Positions 24,301 to 37,851 of a DNA stretch of 64,000 bases are shown one piece after another. The first letter of the stretch is position 1. Each line of letters opens with the position of its first letter. Made by a program: the position numbers and the translations under genes. The DNA comes from Octopus bimaculoides (lineage: Eukaryota): contig NC_068983.1 in assembly GCF_001194135.2 (NCBI RefSeq), positions 100,083,331-100,147,330 of the forward strand. Reading direction: 5' to 3'. Under the pieces are notes generated by a model, which saw only the letters and a list, made by a program, of their open reading frames with translations, ran no database searches and was not told the DNA's origin.

Positions 24301-26883
24301 CCACGTCCAACGGGTGAGTAGAGAAGGCAGTGTAGAAGCTGTTAGCAGCAGACGAACATTTTGACCAGCAGAAAATGCCCCTTCCACAATAAACGAAAGA
24401 GCAAGCGTTCTGCTTAGATGCAGCCTGAAGCAAGGCTATATTATAGATTCTGTAAGCGTGGCCACTGCTGCCCGATCTTTTCTGGAGCGCTTCTTCTCGG
24501 CACGTTCTTAGACAAAGCTGACCACTCTACTCATTCTAGTGCCTACCCACTTGCGGTTCTGGACAGAATTAGGTCCAAGCATCTATATGGGTTCCTCAGC
24601 CCAGCGATAGGCCATAATCGGCATGGACTTCTCTCTCTGGATGTCGAGTTACAATAAAAGACTACAAGTTTGTCCAAGTTGGTGAGTACTCCTGTTACTT
24701 CATATTCTTTCAGTATAGTGCCGAACAGTCCGACAGCATAACAGTAACACCGTCCGTGTGTACAGACTCAGCTTTCTTGTGTGTCAGTTCGGACGGAATG
24801 CCTCTCCACAATTCTAACATACGTAGTCAGAAGTAGCTCAAATGCCAAAACGTGCATGAACAGTGGGAGGTTCGTCTTCGACACGGAGCACTGCCACAAA
24901 GACAATATAAATACATAAACATGGAGATAAATAATAAAATCAAACATTCTTCTTATGTCGTTTTTACTTCAGTCTTGTATGTGTGTATTTATTAACTGCG
25001 AGCGTGAGAGATGGTTGCCATTTACCTTTCAACGGAAAGTTGCTAGCAAGCATTGACAACGGCACGCGATGGTAGTTGTATGGACATGTAAATAGATGGT
25101 CGATATGCGTCTGAATTAACAATGTAATACGGCAGGAAGAGAAAGATATCAAGTGTTTGACAGATACTAGTAGCAGCTGTGTGTCATTTCTAAACTGACT
25201 TATCACTTACTTTGTAATATCACTTGTACAACTGAGAAGAGTGACGTCCGGAGATAAGCTAATGGAGCAGGCAGAATGGTAGTGATGGTATAGGCCGCGG
25301 CGGTAAGCCTGACAATTGGTATTAGCATTGCAGTAGTGGCGATGAGATAGGTGATAGGGTGACGGAAGCTTAATAGTAAAGGTAGCAGTGACTTTAAAGC
25401 AATAGAGGAGGTGGAGTTTCAGAAGTGATGGGTGTAAGGGTGATTGTGGTAATAAAGCGTTACTTGTGGGGGTTGAGGTGGTGGTATGAGAACATACTAT
25501 TAAAAAAAGAAAAAAACAAACAAACAAACAAAAAAAACAGATAAAGAGCAGAGAAAGACAATGAAGCATGTGTATAAAGCAATTATTCAAACACTGCACT
25601 CATATACACTCTCTCACCAGTAAACATGAAATACAAGTTAAAAAGAAACTATTGGGGAAAAGGAGAGAGTAAAATCAGATTAATAACAGTGAAAAGCTTT
25701 AGATTGCTGCAAGAATAAATATCTATGAGAAATTATAAAGTTGACTTAACATTGAGAAAATAATAGCTTATAATGTATACATAGCCAATGCGCTTGGCTT
25801 ACTAATAATAGGAGCCAGATTCATACTTTAACAGGAAGACTAAATTAGACTATATTGAGAAAAAGACGGGTTGGTCGAAGCTGGAATGCTTTTGATCATA
25901 AGTGTCTGCTGAAAGCTGAGCTAGAACTAAACAACAGCTATGGTTTTGTGTAAATACGGCTTGCATATACAGTGTAAGGGAAGGGACGAGGTACCGAGTA
26001 AGAGGAGGTACTACACGATCTGTTGGCTACACATTATCATCTGTAGTGTGCAGCCACAAGAAGAAAAAAAACATATACATGCACATTATAAATATATGCG
26101 GACTAACTTCATAGCAAGCATAAAAGAAAGAAAAGAAGCGAAAAGAAAAAAATTGAAAGGGGGGAAAAGAAGTAGAAGAAAAATATTCAATAGTATTACG
26201 TCACTCAGAAGTATATTCAACATACACACGAGCCAACGGGTGGCGTAATCTGTCTCAAATCAAATCCGACAGTCTTTTAAAAAAACGGACTCATTGTATA
26301 ATGTAGTCAAGGATAGTCTATGCTTAGTAAAAAAAATAACCGTATGGTTACGGATGGAACGTCTTTTATAATCACAGCTGACGTGGAGCTAAACAACAAC
26401 ATATGCGAGGAGAAAACATTTCTGTCTATTTATATTAACTAAACAAAGGTGAATTTTATTTCAATTTAGAAGGAAGGAAAGACAGTGCATATGTTCTCTG
26501 CTGGCTCTAGACTGGTGAGAATGAGATGGCCGATGCCCTGTCTGATCAATCCACCACAGGAAAATACCCGCAGGAAAAACGTGTACGAAGACAGAATCAG
26601 GAGTAAGATTCGAGTGTTTGCAACAAAGTGCATTCTACTAAAGGCACCCAAGGACAGGGTAATATTGTTAAACTGGCTGGTGTGTTAGATCTGTCGCATT
26701 CTCCAGGGAGATTAGTTTACTTCATTAAACCATTTAAAGTTAAATGTCCTTCTTTACTATTTCGAGCTTACTGAACACACTACAAAATCTGGATGCAGTG
26801 GACTTGTAGAAATTGTGTTGTGCGGTTTCTAATTTAGATGGTACAGGTCGTTATTGAGCCACCTAATATGACTCTCAGAAGGC

Positions 26884-27206
26884 TGTAATCACGCTGGTAG
26901 TAAACCCAGATGAAGATCATACATAAGCAAGGTTGTAACTTAAACACGTTTACTGTGGCCACACGTATATACACAATGGAATGATAAATAGAATGGTAGG
27001 TGTGTAAAGGCCATGGTCTTCTGTGCTATGCTCCTCTCTGCAAGCTGGCCTGTGGCATAAGAAAGAGCCAGTCAAGTTGCGTCCTCATAGCTTGCGTGTC
27101 CATGCGGAAAAGAGGAAGAGATGAAGTCACGTGTCTGTCTGAAACTTAATGTTGTATGGTCAGCTTGTTTACCCGCTAAGAGGGTCTAGAGGGTAATGCG
27201 CCTACA
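26884..27206 (-). mobile_element. Short or deleted solo-LTR-like element related to the 55-62 kb LTR family
   Basis: TGTAA...CTACA ends; flanks AAGGC / GAGGC; left part aligns with 61080-61200. Confidence 0.5.
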
Positions 27207-28599
27207 GAGGCTCCCTCTTAGACCGGAAGTGATCGATTAATAGTAGGGTAGGCAGAGTGTACTAGGAGAGCACAGAAGAATGAACCATGGCAAAACAGTT
27301 GTATGAACAATTGAAAAAATACAATACAAGGAAAAACGTTCAGCAAAGAAAGGTGTGCAGTCAAATAGAACAAAGCATATATGTACAATGATACAGAAAA
27401 GAGAAAATGTGAATGCAGTGTCTCTAGCGGCATAAATCTATTCTCCAGAACAGTCACTGGCGAGGCAAAGTTAAGAAATGTAAATAGTCCGAGACAATTT
27501 CTTCGGTCAATGAACCGATTTGCCAGAACGTGTTCTGTAAGGTGAAGAATGTGTTTGTGTAGTTGGTGTTTTGGTGAGTGGATGTGGTGCTTGTGGTGGT
27601 GGGGGTGGGAGTGTTTGTGGAATGATGGGTGTGTCAGCAAGTGGCATAAATGTTTCGGGAAAAGCTTCTTTTATTCTGTCGATAGAGACTGTCTCTCTTT
27701 TTTTTTTCTTCCGTGAATGTCCACAGTGAACAGTTTCGGTGTGCTTCTAAGAACGCGATAGGGTTGTGTTCTTGAGCAAAACATTTCATTTCACGTGGCT
27801 CTGTAATCATTTCGTCATCTGACAGGTGGCACGTAATGTCAATTTGATGGGGGGAGTGAACTTATGTGAACACAAACATTTGATCACTATCAAAATTGCA
27901 GAACCCCCAAGTCATCTAACCACAGGAGAGTCCATGATTATTTAGTGATAGTGAAAAATATCTTAAACTATGGAGGCAAATACAATATATTTCTTAGAAC
28001 GGATATTCCTTCCAAAATGAGATTATATTAGTAAATTAATATGCTTTCATTCAAAGCCAAGGGATGATTGCAACTTTAATTCAATATTTATGAAAAATAA
28101 CCACTAGATTAAGGTTTGTTTTAAAAAACTATTACTGTACTTTGAACGTTTGTGTGTGCAAAGATGTTTATGAGCTCGCGTAAATACGAGTGCGCTCGCG
28201 AGCGTTCTTGCTTGTATATTTATTTAGCATGTGTCCGCATGTGTATTTTTATTTATAATGGAAACTACGTAAGTACATCTCTATATGTTACTGAAATACT
28301 GTCGATACATCCGCTCATCACCTATATATCACACCATACCAAAATAACTCAAACCTCACACACTCACGCACTCCTCTTAAAAAAAAAACACTTCTTTGGG
28401 AGATTATTACGATGTAATAAAGAAAGAGCGAAAGAAAGAAAGAGCGAAAGAAAGAAAGAGCGAAAGAAAGAAAGAAAGAGAATAAGATTATCGTCTGATT
28501 TGCATGTTATATCGCAAGCCAACAATATTTCTCCCAACATTAATGTATGTCGGCTGGCCCCGGTGTTCAACGAGGGAGCTTCTTGAAAGACGTCGCACG

Positions 28600-28790
28600 A
28601 CAGACAGAGAATAGCCACCAAATCGCTCACAAATTACACCATACCGTAAATAGCAACAAAATCTCCCTCAAATCACACCAACCATAAGAAGATATATTGG
28701 ACAATGATATCGAAAAGAAGGGATTGTTATAACTAGAATGCCTTTCATCAGATCTGCTCGATCAATGGCTGATCTGGAGCTAAACAAGTA
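28600..28790 (+). repeat. Representative of an old dispersed repeat ending in CTGGAGCTAAACAAC (further fragments near 16340-16505, 23480-23600, 25870-25940, 26250-26400, 32030-32220, 32880-32940, 36800-36880, 38200-38420, 43850-43945)
   Basis: Recurrent AATAGCAGCCAAATCTCCCTCAAATCACACC and GAATGC.TTTGATCATAGGTCTG...GCTAAACAAC motifs in both orientations. Confidence 0.65.
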
Positions 28791-29511
28791 CCAAGTTTAC
28801 TTTGAATCAACGCCTACGGACGCGCACACTGAAATAGCAACCAGGTTCTCCATAATTCACACTCTGACAACTTCAATTAGGAAAGGAAACATTAGTAAAT
28901 GTAATCTAAAAAATACACACCAAAAATGACGAGATAATGTACGTTTTTGTAATATTTACATAAAGTATGATAAAAGCGCCTGGAAAGCAGTTTTAATCCT
29001 GGTCTGTACAAATAGGACGGCTGTGTGCGTGTGCGTTCGCATGTGTCTGTGTGTGTCGTGTGTGTGTATGTGTGTGTGTTTTGTGTAATAATTTTCATCT
29101 GACTACACGTATAACAATACCCTCACATAGTTATAAAAGCAACATTTGTTCAGTTTTATTAACGTTTCATGCTTAGATAAGCTTAAATCTATCAACGTGT
29201 CTAATATAATGAAGGCTATTTATCGATAAATTGACACTATGCATTTGGTTTAACTTGTTACTTGTTTCACAGGTAAAGTAAACACATACAATACATGTAT
29301 GTATGTATGTATGTATGTATGTATGTATGTATGTATATTCTATAATGGGAAAGGCCAGTTTATGAGGTTAGCCTGGGTTTCTCGCTCACAACGGGTTTGG
29401 CCTTACAGCGTATCTTCAGACCCCAAACACAGCTGGGATACACCGTAAGGTCAAATCCCTTATGAGCAAGGAACATGTCATAAGGCCAAATCCCTTATGA
29501 GCGAGGACTCG

Positions 29512-29577
29512 ATAACATGGAAAGTACTCGAGAATCCAGTCCCCTACATCAACGGGACAAAACGTTGCAAGTTAGGC
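29512..29577 (+). pseudogene. Penelope-like GIY-YIG C-terminal fragment
   Basis: ITWKVLENPVPYINGTKRCKL matches the I.W.IL..A.PY.NG..RC.LC pattern; compare 53200-53280. Confidence 0.45.
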
Positions 29578-29855
29578 AATAGCCGAACGCACGAGAATCC
29601 TGAAAGACTCGCTCGTGCCAGAGAGCATCCTGAACTCCAGGACGGAGATTTTTGGGCCATGTTTGCATTTTAGAATATTCCTGCTGGTGTTTTGGGGGTC
29701 TGCGAGGCGACGCCACAGCTGGAAGCCAATAGCCAAGGCCGAAGGAAGACAATCGTTTACCTTCGTGGTTCTTTGGTGACCGCAAGAATACGGCGCAACC
29801 GAAGCTCGATGGCCGATGTCAAAGGGAGATAATCACCTAGTGTTTACTTTTACAG

Positions 29856-29909
29856 CGAGACATTTCCCCCTCCATCATATTTACCCCAGCAGTGTTTAGG
29901 GCCTGAAGA
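29856..29909 (+). other. Candidate 54-nt symmetric exon (ETFPPPSYLPQQCLGPE)
   Basis: Acceptor TGTTTACTTTTACAG and donor GTAAAT; length divisible by 3; only one of three frames is open. Confidence 0.3.
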
Positions 29910-29912
29910 GTA

Positions 29913-29943
<31 letters not shown>

Positions 29944-31089
29944 GTAATAAACTGGATGCAAGACGAATCAGATGTAATATGCACAGAAGAGGACTGGGCT
30001 GGTAAGGCCATGTGACGCATATGGAAAATAACAACCATACAGAAAAGCACCGAGCACTTCAAGCTGACAAAAGAGAGATGAAGCGGTGAAGACTAAGCTA
30101 GGATGCGGCTCTTCAGAAAAGAGATGATCCTATCACTCATACAAACAAAGCTAAACGTACGCTAAAACGGGGGACGTTATGAAGACTGCGATATTTAACA
30201 TATATCCACGTCTGGTCTTTTCACGCATTCTAGACCTGCTATGTCTCCTTCTCCTGCCTCTCTTATCTATGCGATACCCTCTTATCTTTCGATCAGTTTT
30301 TCCCCCTTCCCTCTCTTTACCGTACAATGCCGTTCATTAAATGAGGAATGATTCTAGTTCTCTCTGTACTCAATTCCTCACCATCACCACCACTACCCCC
30401 ATTTATCCAACCCTCTCTTTCTCCCGTCACGATGCCCGAGTAACGAGCAATTGCATCAATTCTATTGACATACGATACACCTTCCATGCCGCCTCCTGTA
30501 CTATAAGTCCCTCTCTCCCTCCCCTCTCCTCCCTCTCTCTCTCTCTCTCTCTTTGTCTTACACACACACTCACACACGCTTAGTTTTTACCCTTTATTAG
30601 CATTCATCTCGCTCTTCCCATGACTGTCATCACTCACACTCTGTCCTACCCATTAACATTACCCTCCAGTGCTGCTAGCTACTCTTCACCAGATCACTTG
30701 CCGTTGACAACAATTACACACTCTTACCACCAAGCATTTAGTTGTCAATTTATTTATTTATTTATTTATGCGTTTCAGCCAAGTGGCTGCGGTCATGCTG
30801 GAGCATCACATCGATTTTCTTTTTCATTCATTCTTTCTTTCTTTCTTTCTCCCTCTTATTACTCTCACCATTTGTAGTCTTTCCTCCATTACATCCTTCC
30901 ACTAATATTTCTATTCCATTATTCCAAGTAGTAAGTCGCCCAATTCTCCTTCCTTTTCTACACCGTAACCACACGAACTCTGTTTCCCCATCATATCTTA
31001 CTCTTCCTTACCTTAGTTTTTCGTTTGCAATCACCTTTTCACCGACTCACTTTATCAGTCACTGTACCCTGAACAGGGACAACGTAGAG

Positions 31090-31368
31090 CAGGGGTTTTC
31101 AAACTCTATGACTTGCGGACCCCTTTATATTTCAGGCTTTACCTTAGGGACCCCCTTATAAATGCTTATGAAATTTATACATAAATATTTGCTTAAAATA
31201 ACATATATTTTTACATTTATTTATTTAACAGTATTTAACAAATAGGTTTATTGTCAATTAAAAGATTTCGATTAAAAAACATATATAAAATCAAATTGCC
31301 CATAAAAAGTATTTGCTGTCTACGGACCCCCTGTCTTGTCCTTGCGGACCACAGTTTGAAAACCCCTG
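31090..31368. mobile_element. 279-bp hAT (Charlie-like) MITE
   Basis: Perfect 16-bp TIRs CAGGGGTTTTCAAACT and a perfect 8-bp TSD ACGTAGAG. Confidence 0.96.
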
Positions 31369-31754
31369 ACGTAGAGTAGTAAGGAGTTTTGCTGGTTTNN
31401 NNNNNNNNNNNNNNNNNNNNNNNNNNNNNNNNNNNNNNNNNNNACCTCACTAGAGCTGGTGCTACAATAAAATGCATTTAGTACAATGTGTGAAGCGGTT
31501 AGCGTCCGAGCGAAGAGAACGTAGGATAGAGAGAACACTTAGTCTAGTTTCGTTGGGGCTTAACCTCTCTAGTGAGGTTTCAATGATAAAATGCGTCCAA
31601 TACAATCGGTAATGTAGTTGGTGATAGTAAGGGCATCGAGAAGTATAAATCGAGCCAAATGTAGAGCGGGGATTAACCACTGACTCATCTCGCAAAGCGG
31701 AAATTCCGAATAAGAATTGATATGGACTGTGACCGTGACGACACGTGCAAACCC

Positions 31755-31921
31755 CAAGGCTGGCCCTAGGGTTTCTGGCGTCCCGGGCAAGCTGAATTTC
31801 GGCGTGTACAAGCTGTCGGTCGTGGAAATTTCCTTGTCTTTGTCACCACCTTCTAGCCGCCCTCTAGTACATGGCGCCCCGGGCGATTGCCCCGAGTTGC
31901 CGGTACCTTGAGTCGACCCTG
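31755..31921. mobile_element. 167-bp hAT-type MITE
   Basis: Imperfect TIRs CAAGGCTGGCCCTAGG / CCTTGAGTCGACCCTG and a perfect 8-bp TSD GCAAACCC. Confidence 0.92.
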
Positions 31922-32005
31922 GCAAACCCATGACACAACTGTCTCTCAAGACTCATTGTTAAATCACACACACACACACACAGATAAATAGATAAATATC
32001 ATATA

Positions 32006-32048
<43 letters not shown>

Positions 32049-33439
32049 CTAACATGCAAGCTGACCTAGTATCAAAGGTCATCTAGCTATGACTATCCTT
32101 TCTTTTTAGGATACTTCCTTGTTCGGTAACCAGTGAGTTAAAGTAGATCTGACTGTTATTTCTGCAGGTTGAGCGACCAAGCAGAGGACTCCCATATGGC
32201 ATTATGCGATCTTAAGTACCCATATAAATATATACACGCACACAAAAGAATGACTTGAATTTATCGAAAAATAGTGAATTACTTGACTCACATATAATGC
32301 GATCATATCTGGAGTTATTGCAGGACAACGTAACAAAGACTCCTCCACCCATTTCCCCCCTATATCATTGCTCCTGAGCAGGCAGTCAGTCAAAATAATA
32401 AATTCTAACGAAGGGAATAGTTACATGTGTGCATATGTGCATTCATATAACTATACCTGCATACATACAAAACATACACACACACGCACGCATGCACGTA
32501 CACAGTTGTTCTTTAGCTACAGAGCACTTTTCACTAATCAGATCTACGATCAAATGCATTTCAGTCGTGCTCCTCTTTGATATTGTTGCTTTCTTTAAAA
32601 TAGTATATCTAGAAAGGTATTATTTATTGTATTGTATTGTGTGTGTGTGTGCGTGTGCGTGTGTGTGTGTGTGTGTTTTAAGATAATAGCATGTGATTTT
32701 ATGGGAAATTTGGTTGCTATTTCTAGCAGGCCAAACGGTCGTGTAAAGGCTTTCCCGTAGGATCGCCGAGTATACGTATCAGGTGTTGGGATCGAAGACT
32801 GAATGCTATTGAGCTTAATAATAAACGAAGACAAACACGACACAAAAATTATCGGCACAATTCAGAAATAATACACACATGCTTTTGTTGTTGTTTAGCC
32901 TCAAGTCAGCTCTGTTCAAGCAGACCTATAACCAAAAGCCTTTTCTTACACATTTGTTTAGTGCATAAGTGTGCGAGGACGCGTGTAAGTAGTATACGTG
33001 AGTGAAAGTGTATATAAACCTCGAAGCGGTTGTTAGTTAACAACGTGTTATAAACAATAACATTGCTACGTTTTCTTTGTGCGAAAGACATATGTCGCCT
33101 ACTTTCTCTGAAAAATATGCGTGTAATGATCATACACATATACGACGTTTTCAAATACACTTATAAACTCAGCATGCAGGGATGCACTCAAGCACATAAA
33201 TAATATGTGGTCAGTCTAAATGAAAAGCACACCATTCATAAAGAGAATGTAGAATAGAACGAGAATGGTGGAAATACAAATAAGATAAACAAAAGTCAAC
33301 GAGGTAATTACATAATAAAGAAAAGTGTAAGTTAATAATGGAGATCTATTTGATCGGTGAGAGGCAAGGATTCAAGTCCGGGAAGGTGGACAAGACAGGG
33401 TTTTAAAAATTTACTAATATAACATGAAGTGCTGATAAT

Positions 33440-33506
<67 letters not shown>

Positions 33507-34050
33507 GACAGAACGTGTGTTGTGCTGAGAAAGTGAGTTTAAAGTTTTAAGTTGCGGTGGTATGAAGGTTACAATTTTAGTTTCCTTCTTACACAATCTA
33601 CACAACAGCCGGTTTAAGTTCTCTCTTTCCCTCCCTCTCTCTTTCTCTTCTGGACATATTACGAAACAGCTGAATATCTCACCGAGCTGTAGGAAATAAG
33701 GCGAAAAACTAATATAAAATAATATACACAGAAAATAGTGTGGCGTGAAGGTTAAGAATAAGGCATTGACTTACCACCAAGCTTTCGATGTGATATTCTG
33801 TTTTCTTTCTCTATTCACTTCTAATCCTGTTACATCACCGATGTGTACAGAAAAAGCTCGTGTTACTACAACACTTTTATAGCCGGTGCATTTGTTCTAA
33901 ACGATGTAAATACTGTTTACCATGTATAGTTTTTCTTTTCCTATTTACCACTTTCTCCAATATCTAGATATTCATTTGATTAAGTTTTATCTGTATATGC
34001 TTATTAGCATGTTCTACCGTATTTATTTCTTTTTCAGTTACTTCACAAAT

Positions 34051-34081
<31 letters not shown>

Positions 34082-34207
34082 CAAGCAGCTCTGAGAAAGA
34101 GTGAGACTACTATTCCATACGAAGCTCCGCCTTCCACGTTTTCTCACACTCCGCCCAGCAAAGGGAAACAACTCCTACTTCTAACGCCAACAGAGGAGCC
34201 TCTATAC

Positions 34208-34504
34208 CAGGGGTTTTCAAACTTTTTGACTTGCTGACCCCTTTATATTTCAGGCTTTACCTTAGGGACCCTCTTATAAACGCTTATGAAATTTATACAT
34301 AAATATTTGCTTAAAATAGCATATATTTCTACATTTATTTATTTAACAGTATTTAACAAATAAGTTTATTGTCAATTAAAAGATTTCGATTAAAAAACAT
34401 ATATAAAATCAAATTGCCCATAAAAAGTATTTGCTGTCCACGGACCCCCCGTCTTGTCCTTGCGGACCCCCTGTGGTCCACGGACCACAGTTTGAAAACC
34501 CCTG
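34208..34504. mobile_element. 297-bp hAT MITE, near-identical to 31090-31368
   Basis: Same TIRs; TSD CTCTATAC / CTCTACAC (7/8 match). Confidence 0.95.
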
Positions 34505-34560
34505 CTCTACACAGTTTTCTTAGCTCTTACTAGAAATCACAACTATGTATCTTTCTTCAA

Positions 34561-34770
34561 GGTTAGCGAAGCTGGCAGAACTGTTAGACCTTCGAAAAAT
34601 TTGCCTTCCAGTATTTGTTCCAGCTCTTTACTTTCTGAGTTCAAATCCTACCAACGTCAACTTAGCTTTTCATCCTTTTTAAGGTCGATGAAATAAAGTA
34701 CTAGTCAAATATTGTGGTCTATAATCTCAGCTAACTGCTCCAAAATTGCTGTTCTCGTGCCTAAATCAGA
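34561..34770 (+). mobile_element. Diverged SINE family B
   Basis: GCGAAGCTGGCAGAA...TTCTGAGTTCAAATCC...GGTCGATGAAATAAAGTAC. Confidence 0.75.
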
Positions 34771-34993
34771 AACAACATTTCTCTCAAATCACGTCCTATT
34801 CTTCTTAACAAACAAACAAACAAAGTGATGTGTGTGTGCGGAGTGGGGGAGGGGGTTATTGAATAATATACATCTTAACACATTTTGCTGAAACGCTTTT
34901 GGTCATGGGTTTGCTCGTTCAGAGCTACTTGGAGCGAAACAATAATTAGTAGTTGTGTCGACAAGTTAAAGTATGCAAATAACGAATTAACAT

Positions 34994-35167
34994 CAGGAGT
35001 AGCTGTGTGGTAAGTAGCTTGCTTACCAACCACATGGTTCCGGGTTCATTCCCACTGCGTGGCACCTTGGGCAAGTGTCTTCTACTATAGCCTCGGGCGA
35101 CCAAAGCCTTGTGAGTGGATTTGGTAGACGGAAACTGAAAGAAGCCCGTCGTATATATGTATATATG

Positions 35168-35206
<39 letters not shown>

Positions 35207-35329
35207 TTGTGTGTATGTGTTTGTGCCCCCAACATCGCTTGACAACCGATGCTGGTGTGTTTATGTCCCCGTAACTTAGCGGTTCGGCAAAAGAGACTGA
35301 TAGAATAAGTACCAGGCTTCTAAAGAATA
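34994..35329 (+). mobile_element. SINE family A running into a gap
   Basis: Near-consensus copy. Confidence 0.9.
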
Positions 35330-36212
35330 NNNNNNNNNNNNNNNNNNNNNNNNNNNNNNNNNNNNNNNNNNNNNNNNNNNNNNNNNNNNNNNNNNNNNNN
35401 NNNNNNNNNNNNNNNNNNNNNNNNNNNNNNNNNNNNNNNNNNNNNNNNNNNNNNNNNNNNNNNNNNNNNNNNNNNNNNNNNNNNNNNNNNNNNNNNNNNN
35501 NNNNNNNNNNNNNNNNNNNNNNNNNNNNNNNNNNNNNNNNNNNNNNNNNNNNNNNNNNNNNNNNNNNNNNNNNNNNNNNNNNNNNNNNNNNNNNNNNNNN
35601 NNNNNNNNNNNNNNNNNNNNNNNNNNNNNNNNNNNNNNNNNNNNNNNNNNNNNNNNNNNNNNNNNNNNNNNNNNNNNNNNNNNNNNNNNNNNNNNNNNNN
35701 NNNNNNNNNNNNNNNNNNNNNNNNNNNNNNNNNNNNNNNNNNNNNNNNNNNNNNNNNNNNNNNNNNNNNNNNNNNNNNNNNNNNNNNNNNNNNNNNNNNN
35801 NNNNNNNNNNNNNNNNNNNNNNNNNNNNNNNNNNNNNNNNNNNNNNNNNNNNNNNNNNNNNNNNNNNNNNNNNNNNNNNNNNNNNNNNNNNNNNNNNNNN
35901 NNNNNNNNNNNNNNNNNNNNNNNNNNNNNNNNNNNNNNNNNNNNNNNNNNNNNNNNNNNNNNNNNNNNNNNNNNNNNNNNNNNNNNNNNNNNNNNNNNNN
36001 NNNNNNNNNNNNNNNNNNNNNNNNNNNNNNNNNNNNNNNNNNNNNNNNNNNNNNNNNNNNNNNNNNNNNNNNNNNNNNNNNNNNNNNNNNNNNNNNNNNN
36101 NNNNNNNNNNNNNNNNNNNNNNNNNNNNNNNNNNNNNNNNNNNNNNNNNNNNNNNNNNNNNNNNNNNNNNNNNNNNNNNNNNNNNNNNNNNNNNNNNNNN
36201 NNNNNNNNNNNN

Positions 36213-36622
36213 AAAGAGTAAAAGAGTAAGAGTAAAGAGTGAAAGAGTAAGAGTAAAAGAGTAAGAGTAAAGAGTAAAAGAGTAAGAGTAAAGAGTAAAA
36301 GAGTAAAGAGTAAAAGAGTAAGAGTAAAGAGTAAAAGAGTAAGAGAGTAAGAGTAAAGAGTAAAAGAGTAAGAGTAAAGAGTGAAAGAGTAAGAGTAAAA
36401 GAGTAAAAGAGTAAAGAGTAAAAGAGTAAGGGTAAAGAGTAAAAGAGTAAGAGTAAAAGAGTAAGAGTAAAGAGTGAAAGAGTAAGAGTAAAAGAGTAAG
36501 AGTAAAAGAGTAAGAGTAAAGAGTGAAAGAGTAAAGAGTAAAAGAGTAAGAGTAAAGAGTGAAGGAGTAAGAGTAAAGAGTGAAAGAGTAAGAGTAAAGA
36601 GTAAAAGAGTAAAAGAGTAAGT
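36213..36622 (+). repeat. (AAGAGTA)-type 6-8-nt minisatellite, ~410 bp
   Basis: Direct reading; the unit resembles the SINE A 3' tail. Confidence 0.95.
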
Positions 36623-37851
36623 AACATATCCTGTCAAGATGTTTGTTTAAGTGATGACAAGGCATTAATTGGTGGTTATTGAGTCCAATTCTAGAAGAAC
36701 GTTTGTCTTTACCCTTAGGGCAAGAAAGAGTGTGCCACGTGGTTTTGTGGATCACAGTTAAGCTGTTTTCATTCTATGCATTTTATTTATCAGTGATCTT
36801 GAACTTGTTATTGTTGTTTACCCCCAGGTGAACAGACCTACGATCAAAGACATTTCTGCCATAATCATAAAAGGTCTCCTCAATTAGGACTAACATGTGC
36901 TTAAACAACAACATAAAATATCTTTTTATATAAGGATTTTTGCGATACCCAAGGTTATTAATGACGCAAATGGAGGACTTGTGCGTCACTATCACAAATA
37001 TTAGAATCGTACGGTATCCCTCCTGGCATGTGAAATAGTCCAATTCAAATAGTATATCCTGGATAATGCAACACGATCGATATTTCCTTTTTAAAGACTG
37101 CACAGAGAGAGCTTTGGTTGTGATTTCTTGCATGTAGAGCGATCACATAGGTGTTGTCCTCGAAACAATTAATAAAAGTGCTGGATGTGACATTGACAAG
37201 TAAATCACCAGATACATCGGTCAGAACCATAACAGTCCAATTGTTTTTGTCTATTTTACGCATTTTAATTAAGTACAGGCTACCATACTGAATACGGTAG
37301 CCTAAAATAATTTTTTTATCAATGAGAAGAAATGTTTGTTTTCTTTGAGTGAGGTTGGAGTAATGAAAATTCTTAGCAAAAGGAACAAGGGAGAGAACTT
37401 AGAAGTTTCTGTTGAGATCTGCAAAGCATGAGTGAGTATGATCTTTGAGGGTTATGCTGACAACTCCAGATATGTTTCGATCGTATTAGATTTCCTCGGC
37501 GAAGTTATATTGCCAAGTGACATGTTATTATGGCACACAATCCTGATTTGCATCGTTAATTACTTTCGGAATCACAGATAAATCCTTATAGACAAGCATT
37601 GATATAGTTATTTTTTAACCCCCTTTTCAGTCCGGATTGAGTAGAATCAGAACTGAACTGGTATTACTATTATGAGCAAGGGCGTTTTAAAATTCAAATA
37701 GTCCATCCAGACTTTATTCAATGTGTTCTCCATGGCAGTATAATGTAATTTACGAGAAATTTTGACTGCTGCTTTTAGTAAGCCGAGTGACCACATTCAG
37801 GCTGTTTCTGAAAAGAGATGTTTGTAGCGTTGATGCGCCATTGTCACTTAA

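Noticed and set aside
29380-29430. Second hammerhead-like motif on the minus strand (CTGAAGA...GGCCAAAC)
   Set aside because: GAAA is incomplete, stems II and III do not pair, and there is no clear cleavage triplet.
36640-37270. ORFs of 116 and 72 aa on the minus strand
   Set aside because: No recognisable motifs in any frame; possibly old TE sequence.
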